Source: Acidobacteriota bacterium
Lineage (GTDB): Bacteria > Acidobacteriota > Terriglobia > Bryobacterales > Bryobacteraceae
Reading direction: 5' to 3'
Length of the DNA: 28,248 nt
Assembly (NCBI GenBank): GCA_037444075.1
Contig: JBBIND010000055.1
Span: 1-28,248, forward strand
Shown here piece by piece: positions 11,241 through 18,642 of the stretch; the first letter of the stretch is position 1, and each line of letters starts with the position of its first letter. The notes under the pieces are model-generated. The model was not told the DNA's origin, searched no databases, and saw nothing but the letters and a program-made list of their open reading frames with translations. The translations under genes were made by a program, and so were the position numbers.

Positions 11241-11978
11241 TTAGTGCTCGTGTTCCACCGCGCCTTGCACGTAGACCATGGTCAGCAGGACGAAGATGTA
11301 TGACTGCAGGAAGGCCACGAAGATGTGCAGCCCCATGAAGACTACAGGAAAAGCGATGTAGGTTAGCCCCAGGAAGACCAGAAACACTTGTTCGCCGGCG
11401 TACATGTTGGCGAACAGACGGATCGTCAGCGAAAGCGGTCTCGCCAGGTGGCTCACGATCTCAATAGGAATCATGATGGGAGCCAGGAACGGCGCCGGCC
11501 CCGCGAAGTGGGCCATGTATTTTCCGAGGCCCTGCCTCCGCACGCCCATCAAGTGGTAATAGAAGAACGCCACGAGTGCGCACCCCAGCGGCACGGGCGG
11601 GAACATGGTCGGAGATTCCAGACCCGGAAGAATGCCCAGCAGGTTGGCGCACAGAATAAAAAGGAAAAGAGTGCCGAACAGGTGTGCGTACTTTGGGCCT
11701 TCGTGACCGACGATCTCTTCGGACTGTCCTCTTAGGAATTTATAAATGACTTCAAAAATGTGCTGCAGTTTGCCGGGCCGGTCCATGGAAAGACGCGGCC
11801 GGAGTATGGCGAACACCGCCACGATGACGAGGGCGACCACGATTTGCAGGGTGACGTAGTTGGCCCAGGGTTTGGCAGGGTCCGCGGCCGTCTGCCCCAC
11901 CACGGCGAGCGCAGCGTTGCCGACACCGGCGAGGTATTGGTTAAAAAGCGCCGTTAGCCACAACTCATGTTCTTGCAT
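11241..11978 (-). CDS. atpB: Fo ATP synthase subunit a
   Basis: 245 aa, polytopic, with the essential-Arg motif LSLTIRLFANMYAGE. Confidence 0.9.
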   Translation of the reverse strand: MQEHELWLTALFNQYLAGVGNAALAVVGQTAADPAKPWANYVTLQIVVALVIVAVFAILRPRLSMDRPGKLQHIFEVIYKFLRGQSEEIVGHEGPKYAHLFGTLFLFILCANLLGILPGLESPTMFPPVPLGCALVAFFYYHLMGVRRQGLGKYMAHFAGPAPFLAPIMIPIEIVSHLARPLSLTIRLFANMYAGEQVFLVFLGLTYIAFPVVFMGLHIFVAFLQSYIFVLLTMVYVQGAVEHEH

Positions 11979-12354
11979 AGATCAACTCGTAAAGAATTTC
12001 CACCAGGACTGCGGCGGCGGCCACGAGCAACCCCGCCAGTGCGGCCAAGAGGTTGACCTTGAAAAACCTCACTATAACATAGGCGCCCAGGCCGAAAAGC
12101 AGGTAGCGGAATACCAGCCAGAAAGCCAGCCGCTTGCGTCTGGGTGGCTCTCCCGGCCCCACTGCGTAGGCCAGCCGATGCAGCCAGCGGAAGTTGAGAA
12201 TGGCGGCCAGAGCGCCGAACAGGAAACCTCCAGCCCACAGCCAGTCCATCCGCCAGGCTGACACCAGGACCCCCGCCGCGGATAGCCAGACCATGTTCCA
12301 GTAAATGCGGCGCACCGCCCGGCGGTAGAACAGCGTCTCGGCAGTTTCACTCAC
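11965..12354 (-). CDS. atpI: ATP synthase protein I (AtpI-like small membrane protein)
   Basis: 129 aa with four predicted hydrophobic segments. Sits directly upstream of atpB with a 14-nt overlap. GTG start overlaps the atpZ stop. Confidence 0.55.
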   Translation of the reverse strand: MSETAETLFYRRAVRRIYWNMVWLSAAGVLVSAWRMDWLWAGGFLFGALAAILNFRWLHRLAYAVGPGEPPRRKRLAFWLVFRYLLFGLGAYVIVRFFKVNLLAALAGLLVAAAAVLVEILYELIYART

Positions 12355-12562
12355 CGGCGTCCTTCTGTACCTCCCGAATCAACTGCACGAAGCCGGCGGC
12401 GATTCCTATCAGGAGGAAGACGATGTAGAGAAACGACGTCCCGAAAGCCCGGTCCAGAAGCCAGCCTATGGCGTAGCCGACCAATACGCTGGTGGGCAGC
12501 AGAAAAGCCAGCGAGGAGTATCGCCCTACCATCACCCATACGTTCGCCGGCTTCTTTTTCAT
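12347..12562 (-). CDS. atpZ: AtpZ-like putative F0F1-ATPase accessory subunit (two-TM protein)
   Basis: 71 aa from the ATG at 12562 (MKKKPANVW...), preceded by a GGAGG RBS with 6-nt spacing. Two TM helices (RYSSLAFLLPTSVLVGYAIGWLLDRAFGTS...) match the AtpZ family pattern. It is the first gene of the atpZIBE block. Confidence 0.55.
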   Translation of the reverse strand: MKKKPANVWVMVGRYSSLAFLLPTSVLVGYAIGWLLDRAFGTSFLYIVFLLIGIAAGFVQLIREVQKDAGE

Positions 12563-12620
12563 CGGATACCTCCGGGCTTCGCACCGCCCGTACCGCACAC
12601 CATTATAGGACCCCGCGTTT

Positions 12621-13037
12621 GTGAGAGATCATCTCGGAAGGAAGGTGCCCGTGTTTCACCCGGGCGCGTTGCTGTTCATCGGAGACGGGCACGCGCTGCA
12701 AGCCGACGGAGAACCGCTCGGAACGGGGGTGGAAACCTGGATGGACGTGCAGATGACGGTGAGCCTGCTCAAGGGCCGGGCGCCGGCGGGGCCGCGCGTC
12801 GAAACGGCCGAGTATCTGATCAGCGTGGGCAGTCAACCCGAGTTCGTCAGCTCGCTGGACCGCAGTTTGCGTCTGGCCACCACCGACATGCTTCGCTGGC
12901 TGCAGCGCGACTACGGGCTGGAGCCTTGGGCCGCTCACTTGCTGGTAGGCGTACAGGGGCGCTATGAAGTAGTGACCGTGGCCGGGTCCCATGGCTTTGG
13001 CACTGCCTCGCAAAGTGCTCCCGGCCTGATAGTATGA
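12621..13037 (+). pseudogene. Acetamidase/formamidase (FmdA_AmdA)-family C-terminal remnant
   Basis: 138-aa ORF with a GTG start. Segment VPVFHPGALLFIGDGHALQADGEPLGTGVETWMDV matches the FmdA/AmdA catalytic-core motif (ungapped) as remembered. The family is about 300-400 aa. An in-frame TAG at 12606-12608 and the divergent atpZ gene preclude any N-terminal region. Confidence 0.35.
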
Positions 13038-13049
13038 TACGGAATTGCT

Positions 13050-13580
13050 ATGACAACCATGAGTGACGACAAGAGCCTACCGCGAAGACGTTTCCTGGCC
13101 GCCGCAGGCGTGGCCGCGGCCACCGGAGCGTCGGTCTCCTGCTCCCGCGCCGGCAAGGCTTACCGCTTCCTGACCGATGCCGAGGCAGCCACCTTGGAAG
13201 CCATCTGTGCCGAGATCATCCCCGCGGACGAAGATCCGGGGGCCGTCGAGGCCGGCGTGGTGAATTTCATTGATCGCCAGCTTGTCGGCCACTACCAGCG
13301 CCTCCAGCAGGACTACGCGGAAGGTCTTGCGCGTCTCGAGCAGTCGGCTAACAGCAAGTATGGGAGCAATCTGGCCCAGCTACCCTCCGAGCGGCGCATC
13401 GAATTTCTCAAAGGACTGGAAAAGGAGCGCGATCCGTTCTTCGCCATGCTCGTCGACCACACCATGCAGGGCTTCTACGGCAGCCCCCGCCATGGCGGCA
13501 ACCGCAACGCGGTCAGTTGGAAGATGCTGGGAGTGCCCACACCGCCCGTGCGCGGCCGGCGGCCCGTGCAGAACTCTTGA
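13050..13580 (+). CDS. Small (gamma-type) subunit of a membrane FAD-dehydrogenase complex; gluconate 2-dehydrogenase subunit 3 family; Tat signal
   Basis: 176 aa. Twin-arginine signal SLPRRRFLAAAGVAAATGA. Sits directly upstream of the GMC oxidoreductase, the same gene order as three-subunit gluconate/sorbitol dehydrogenases. Confidence 0.55.
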   Translation: MTTMSDDKSLPRRRFLAAAGVAAATGASVSCSRAGKAYRFLTDAEAATLEAICAEIIPADEDPGAVEAGVVNFIDRQLVGHYQRLQQDYAEGLARLEQSANSKYGSNLAQLPSERRIEFLKGLEKERDPFFAMLVDHTMQGFYGSPRHGGNRNAVSWKMLGVPTPPVRGRRPVQNS

Positions 13581-13596
13581 TCCAGGAGAGACGAGT

Positions 13597-15231
13597 ATGG
13601 CATTGAAACACGTCAAAGCGGTTGTGGTTGGCAGCGGCGCCGGCGGAGGCATTGTCGCCAAGGAACTCGCCGAAGCCGGTTTGAGCGTCGTCCTCCTGGA
13701 GCGAGGTCATTGGGTGACGCCGGCGGAATGCGGCAAAGACGACCTGCGGAACCAGCGCACCTCGGTTTTGGGCGCATCCTTCGGCCCCGACGACCGCTCG
13801 CCGCGAGTCGTCGTGGATGCGGACGGTACGGAGCGCGTAATACGCCCCAGTCAGGGCGGCTACCACAACAACGCCGGCTGCGTGGGCGGCGGTACCGCCA
13901 GCTACGGCGCCATGGCGTGGCGCTTCATGGAGCAGGACTTCCGCCTGCGATCCATCTATGGCGCCGTGAAGGACAGCACGCTCGAAGACTGGCCCATCAC
14001 TTACGACGATCTCGAGCCGCATTACGAAAAGGCGGAGTGGGAGTTGGGCGTGTCCGGCGATGACACGAACAACCCTTTCAAGGCCCCACGGAAGAAGCCT
14101 CTGCCGATGCCGCCTCTTCCGCCGAACCGGGATTACGAGATCATGTTGCCCGCGGCCAAGAGGCTCGGCCTGCATCCTTTCGACATCCCGATGCTGCGCA
14201 ACAGCGTGCCGTACGCAGGACGCCCCCAGTGCATGCGCTGCCGGTGGTGCGTAGGTTTCGCCTGCGAAGTTAACGCCAGGAACGGCACGCAGAATACTGT
14301 CATTCCCACGGCGCTGGCCACTGGCAATTGTGAGTTGCGCACCAATTGCATGGCGAAGGAGATCCTGCTCACACCGCAGGGCCGTGCTCGCGGCGTGGCC
14401 TACTTCGATGAGAAGGACCGGTTGCAGGAACAGACGGCGGATATCGTCATCGTCTGCTGCGCAGCCATCGAATCCGCCCGGCTGTTGCTCAACTCCAGGA
14501 GCAAGCTGTTCCCGGATGGCTTAGGAAACCGGTATGACTGGGTAGGCAGGAACCTGCAAGGTCACGCCTATCCTGGCGCTCAGGGCGTGGTGCCCTTCGA
14601 CGCCTACGACGACGTGGGTCCGGGCGCGGGGATCGCCGTCTGTGATTACAACCACGGCAACCCCGGTCTGGTGGGCGGGGCGATGCTGGCCAACGAGTTC
14701 ATCAGGCTGCCTTATCAATTCGTCCAGCAGGTTCCTCGCACCATGCCGCGCTGGGGCCTGGAGCACAAGGCTTACGTGCGCAAGAATTTCCGGCGAACGC
14801 TCAGCATCAAGGGGCCGGTGCAGGAAATCCCGGTCTTTGAAAGCCGCGTGCAGGTTGACCCGAAAGTGAAAGACTACTGGGGCATTCCCGTGGCCAGACT
14901 GTCGGGCTTCAAACACCCCCACACGATGGAAGTGAGCAAGTTCATGGCAGCGCGCGCGGAAGAGTGGGTGAAAGAAGCGGGGGCAACGGACATCACGCTC
15001 AGCATTCCTGGAGCCGGACTCAGCGGGGGGCAGCACCAGGCAGGCACCTGCCGTATGGGCAATGACCCGAAGACCTCCGTGGTGGACAAGTACTGCCGCG
15101 TGCATGACGTAGACAACGTATACATAGCCGACGGCAGCCTTCACGTTACTAACGGGGGCTTCAATCCGGTGTTGACCATCATGGCGTTGGCTTACTACGC
15201 CTCGGCGAATATCATCCGCAACTGGAGATAA
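13597..15231 (+). CDS. GMC-family FAD-dependent oxidoreductase (dehydrogenase large subunit)
   Basis: 544 aa from the ATG at 13597, preceded by a GGAGAG RBS. The ORF track extends upstream to 13270 in an implausible low-complexity frame. Rossmann motif VVVGSGAGGGIVAKELAEAGLSVVLLERG. GMC C-terminal signature GTCRMGNDP...YIADGSLHVTNGGFNPVLTIMALA. Confidence 0.85.
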   Translation: MALKHVKAVVVGSGAGGGIVAKELAEAGLSVVLLERGHWVTPAECGKDDLRNQRTSVLGASFGPDDRSPRVVVDADGTERVIRPSQGGYHNNAGCVGGGTASYGAMAWRFMEQDFRLRSIYGAVKDSTLEDWPITYDDLEPHYEKAEWELGVSGDDTNNPFKAPRKKPLPMPPLPPNRDYEIMLPAAKRLGLHPFDIPMLRNSVPYAGRPQCMRCRWCVGFACEVNARNGTQNTVIPTALATGNCELRTNCMAKEILLTPQGRARGVAYFDEKDRLQEQTADIVIVCCAAIESARLLLNSRSKLFPDGLGNRYDWVGRNLQGHAYPGAQGVVPFDAYDDVGPGAGIAVCDYNHGNPGLVGGAMLANEFIRLPYQFVQQVPRTMPRWGLEHKAYVRKNFRRTLSIKGPVQEIPVFESRVQVDPKVKDYWGIPVARLSGFKHPHTMEVSKFMAARAEEWVKEAGATDITLSIPGAGLSGGQHQAGTCRMGNDPKTSVVDKYCRVHDVDNVYIADGSLHVTNGGFNPVLTIMALAYYASANIIRNWR

Positions 15232-15236
15232 GGCCC

Positions 15237-16325
15237 ATGAAGAAGATGCTGCAATCCAAGCCCACACTGCTCGTGATCATGGTGATCGTGCTGGCCCTGC
15301 TTGCGCTGCCGGGGGCGAGCTTGCTGTATGAAGCCACGGGCGGATCCTCCTGTGCGCGTTGCCACGAGGTCAGGCCGGCCTACGAGAAATGGGCCAGTTC
15401 AACCCATCGGAACGTCAGTTGCTCATCCTGCCACGGCGGGCCGTTGACGCTGGACGTGGGCTTCCACGCAGGGAACCTGAAGCGTCTGTTCACTCACCTG
15501 GGCGGAGACGTGCCCGGTCAATTGAAGGTCAGAAGTTGGAAGGATGCGGAAGCCATCAGCCAACGCTGCCACTCCTGCCACCGGCAGGAGTACGCCGCCT
15601 GGCAGGCCGGACCGCACGCAGTGACTTACGCGAACATCTTTCTGGACCAGAAGCACAACCGGCAGCGTCTTCTGGTGGACGACTGTCTCCGCTGCCACGG
15701 CATGCATTTTGAGAGCGATATCAGCGCTATGCTGGAACCGGTCAACACGCAGGGCCCTTGGAAACTGCGAATGCCGGAATTGGCGGATACGCCGGCTATC
15801 CCCTGCCTGGCGTGCCACCAAATCCACCGCGAAGGACAGCCCCTGGGCCGCAGAGTTGAACGGACGCCGCCGCCTGCTGTGAAACAGGAAATTGCGCGGC
15901 CCTCGCTGGCTTTCTATGACCGGCGTGGCAGAGAACACTACAGCATTGCCGATATGCCTCTGCCGGTGATGCGCGAGGGGAACTCGCCAGTCAAGATGAG
16001 CCCGGACCGCCGGCAGAGCTTGTGCTACCAATGCCATGCGCCGCTGGCCGGTTTTGAAGTGGGCAGCGCCGATGACCGCACGGGCAAGGGTGTTCACGAA
16101 GGCCTCAGCTGTCTGGCGTGCCATGAGAAACATGGCCAGCAAAGCCGGGCCTCGTGCTCTACCTGCCACCCGCGCTGGTCCAACTGTGGGCTCGATGTGG
16201 AGAAGATGGATACGACCTTCCTTTCCGCCGAAAGCCGTCACAACATCCATTTCGTGAAGTGCGCGGACTGCCACCCCAAGGGAGTGCCTCAGCGCAAGCG
16301 CGCCGCAACCGCCACTGGACTCTAG
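15237..16325 (+). CDS. Membrane-anchored multiheme cytochrome c (9 CxxCH motifs), NapC/NrfH-like N-terminus
   Basis: 362 aa. N-terminal TM helix followed immediately by CARCH. Nine CxxCH motifs in total: CARCH, CSSCH, CHSCH, CLRCH, CLACH, CYQCH, CLACH, CSTCH, CADCH. GGAGA RBS. Separated from the GMC stop by a 5-bp gap. Confidence 0.8.
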   Translation: MKKMLQSKPTLLVIMVIVLALLALPGASLLYEATGGSSCARCHEVRPAYEKWASSTHRNVSCSSCHGGPLTLDVGFHAGNLKRLFTHLGGDVPGQLKVRSWKDAEAISQRCHSCHRQEYAAWQAGPHAVTYANIFLDQKHNRQRLLVDDCLRCHGMHFESDISAMLEPVNTQGPWKLRMPELADTPAIPCLACHQIHREGQPLGRRVERTPPPAVKQEIARPSLAFYDRRGREHYSIADMPLPVMREGNSPVKMSPDRRQSLCYQCHAPLAGFEVGSADDRTGKGVHEGLSCLACHEKHGQQSRASCSTCHPRWSNCGLDVEKMDTTFLSAESRHNIHFVKCADCHPKGVPQRKRAATATGL

Positions 16326-16353
16326 GCCGGCAGCAACAGAACGTTCGCGGCGG

Positions 16354-18147
16354 CTACCTGTTGCCGAGGTAGTAACTGGTCATCGGCACGTGTTCGTAGC
16401 CCATGGCCCTGTGCGCCACATCGAGCCGGTAGAGGGGATCCTGCATGAGCGTGACGCGGCGGTCCGTGGCCGGAATGGTGGTTGTGTAGATGCGCAGCTC
16501 GCCCTGGTAGTAGGTGATAATCTCCTCGCGCCAATCGCCGAGGATGTCCGCTGTGGCCAGGACTCTGCCCGCGATACCCTTCGTCAGTTCCGGGCCCTTC
16601 CATTTGAAGACAGTGCCCTTGGTCTGAAGCTCCCTCAGCAGGTCGGCATCCCACCAGACCAGGCTGTCCTGCGGAGGCACTGGCCCACCGAGCGCCTGGC
16701 CCTTCGCTGAGAAGAAGAACTTGTCTGCCCAGCATTCCATGCCCGGGCTGGCGGGGTCGATATCCGAGCAAAGCCCCCGCACCACCTGGTTATCCTCGAT
16801 CTCCTCGGGAAGGCCCCATAGGAGGTGGCCTGTGCGAGCGTCAAACAAACTGACTCCATCTCTGGGGTGGGGATCCTCGTAGATGTAGAAGACTTCCAGG
16901 CCAGGGCGGTCCGGGTCGACGTCCGTCACGTAGAAGCGGTCCCCGTGGCCGTAGCCGGTGCTCCACAGAATGCGGCCATCGTGGTCAATGGCAATGGACC
17001 CGTTCAGGACCTCGTCCCGGCCGTCGCCGTCGATGTCGGCAACCTTGATGGAGTGCTGCCCCTGCCCCTGGTATCTCCAGCCTGAGGTCAGGTTGGACCA
17101 ACTCCACGCCTTGTGGAGTTGGCGGTCACGCAGCAGCCAGGCATCCAACTTCATCAGGCCGTAAATGCCGCGGAATACGAGCAGGCTGGGCGTCTTGCCA
17201 TCCAGATAGGCAATGCCCATCATGTGGCGGTTCATGCGATTGCCTGAATAGTCGCCCCAGTCGGCAGGCTTGCCACGCGGGATCCAATCCGTCTTGGTGA
17301 TTTCCTGCCCGGTCAGCCCGTTCCAGACCGACACGTACTCGGGACCCGTCAGTACCTGGCCGTTCTCGTCGCGCGGGTCTCCCTCCCCGGTCTTCAGCGC
17401 CACCTCGGCTTTGCCGTCCCCGTTCAAGTCGAAGACCACCATCGGGGAGTACCAGATGCCGAGTTCGATGGACCAACCCAGATCGTTGCGCCACAGGAAG
17501 GTTCCGTCCCGCTTGTAGCCCTCGATCTTGAACGTGTCCGGACTGCGCCGCACCTTACCTGGATCTACCTGCCCCCCAGGCCGCTTCACGACAAAGTCGT
17601 ACTCGCCGTCCCCGTCCAAATCACCGATGCCGATCTTGTCGACTGAGGTGGCCGGGATGTCGTCACGGATTCGCAGTGACAGGTGCTGCTGCGCGGGCGC
17701 GTGGGCTGCCAGTGTCGCCCGGCCTGACGGCTCCTGTTCCCGGCCATTCATCACGGGCCGCACCCACCAGGCGTTCTCGCGGTCCAAAGGCGCGTTCGTG
17801 TCCACGAAATCCGTGGTTTGCCGGATGGGCTCTTGGTTGAGCCTGAGCGCGCCGCCGCCGGCGGTGGACCGGTAGACGTTGAAGGCGATCGCCTCGGGGT
17901 CGCTCTTGAGGAGGCGCCAGCCGAGGTAGACTCTACTCGCGCCCATCGGCACGGCCACCATGCCGCGGCCCAGCTTTTCCTCGATGCGCTGTTCAGCCCA
18001 CCCCAACGTAGGATTGGGCTTGTACTCCGGGTTCAGGTTGTAGAAGCCGTAATTGGGTGGGATGGATCCCTGTTGTCCTTGAAGCTGCGCAACCGCCGTG
18101 GATGCGGCCGCTGAAAACAGTAAGCACCTCAGCACAAATCTGACCAT
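16354..18147 (-). CDS. Secreted rhamnogalacturonan lyase (polysaccharide lyase family 11, YesW-like beta-propeller)
   Basis: 598 aa from the ATG at 18147, with signal peptide MVRFVLRCLLFSAAASTAVAQ. Repeated Ca-binding FG-GAP-like motifs DLDGDGEYD, DLNGDGKAE, DIDGDGRDE. The longer track ORF (to 18624) reads through intergenic repeats and is not credible. Confidence 0.6.
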   Translation of the reverse strand: MVRFVLRCLLFSAAASTAVAQLQGQQGSIPPNYGFYNLNPEYKPNPTLGWAEQRIEEKLGRGMVAVPMGASRVYLGWRLLKSDPEAIAFNVYRSTAGGGALRLNQEPIRQTTDFVDTNAPLDRENAWWVRPVMNGREQEPSGRATLAAHAPAQQHLSLRIRDDIPATSVDKIGIGDLDGDGEYDFVVKRPGGQVDPGKVRRSPDTFKIEGYKRDGTFLWRNDLGWSIELGIWYSPMVVFDLNGDGKAEVALKTGEGDPRDENGQVLTGPEYVSVWNGLTGQEITKTDWIPRGKPADWGDYSGNRMNRHMMGIAYLDGKTPSLLVFRGIYGLMKLDAWLLRDRQLHKAWSWSNLTSGWRYQGQGQHSIKVADIDGDGRDEVLNGSIAIDHDGRILWSTGYGHGDRFYVTDVDPDRPGLEVFYIYEDPHPRDGVSLFDARTGHLLWGLPEEIEDNQVVRGLCSDIDPASPGMECWADKFFFSAKGQALGGPVPPQDSLVWWDADLLRELQTKGTVFKWKGPELTKGIAGRVLATADILGDWREEIITYYQGELRIYTTTIPATDRRVTLMQDPLYRLDVAHRAMGYEHVPMTSYYLGNR

Positions 18148-18423
18148 GGCGCGATGCCTCCTCTCTGGCGTATCCCGTCCTTCGCTGGATAAGCCCCTGA
18201 CGAGAACACGATACACCAGCTTCAAGGGGAGCTTGACGGCGTTTTTGCTCGTCTCGGCACTCGCCCTCTTGGGGCTGGCTTCGGAAAGCCAGGCCACGCG
18301 CTGTTCTGAGATGCCAGCGGCCGGGCAGGCGCACCGTCCTTGAGTTTCGGCCCTCATCCTGCGACCAGGAGCACGCGCGGAAGCAGTTGGACTTGCCGCG
18401 CGACGCAAGAATAGTCCCGTCAT

Positions 18424-18450
18424 CATAGCAACCGGCACATAGCAACCGGC
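18424..18450. repeat. Short tandem repeat CATAGCAACCGGC x2
   Basis: 13-bp unit at 18424-18436 and again at 18438-18450, separated by 1 nt, just upstream of the 52-bp repeats. Confidence 0.8.
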
Positions 18451-18457
18451 CAATTTG

Positions 18458-18509
18458 GCTTCAGCTTGTGCTGCGGAAGAAGCCTCTGAGCAAGCTGAAG
18501 CTCGCTCTA
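18458..18509. repeat. 52-bp direct repeat, copy 1, containing an 11-bp inverted repeat (GCTTCAGCTTG-N22-CAAGCTGAAGC)
   Basis: GCTTCAGCTTGTGCTGCGGAAGAAGCCTCTGAGCAAGCTGAAGCTCGCTCTA, identical to 18548-18599. A third partial CTTCAGCTTG lies at 18610-18619. Confidence 0.9.
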
Positions 18510-18547
18510 CGTGGGCGCGCAGGCCGTTGGTTTGGCATGTAGCATAA

Positions 18548-18599
18548 GCTTCAGCTTGTGCTGCGGAAGAAGCCTCTGAGCAAGCTGAAGCTCGCTCTA
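18548..18599. repeat. 52-bp direct repeat, copy 2 (perfect copy, 90-bp period)
   Basis: Exact 52/52 match to 18458-18509. Lies in the 495-bp intergenic region between the M14 peptidase stop (18643) and the PL11 lyase start (18147). Confidence 0.9.
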
Positions 18600-18642
18600 G
18601 GCAGGCCACCTTCAGCTTGCCCAACGCCTTATTCAGCCGCCT

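Noticed and set aside
12603-13013. 136-aa minus-strand ORF overlapping the formamidase-like plus ORF
   Set aside because: The minus frame is Arg/His-rich with no recognisable motif. The plus frame carries the FmdA_AmdA-like motif and is collinear with the downstream operon.
13270-13596. Upstream extension of the GMC oxidoreductase ORF (653 aa in track)
   Set aside because: The extension is Ser/Thr/Ala/Arg-rich and overlaps the preceding small-subunit gene in another frame. A canonical ATG with a GGAGAG RBS and the Rossmann motif begin at 13597.
18458-18599. Possible mini-CRISPR array (two identical repeats separated by a 38-bp spacer)
   Set aside because: There are only two copies. The 52-bp repeat is longer than typical CRISPR repeats, has an unusually long 11-bp internal palindrome, and no cas genes are in the window. 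It is better explained as a duplicated hairpin element or regulatory site.
16354-18624. 756-aa ORF extending the PL11 lyase N-terminally
   Set aside because: The extra N-terminal 158 aa include ERASACSEASSAAQAEA twice, which is just the translation of the 52-bp DNA repeats. A proper signal peptide and ATG occur at 18147.
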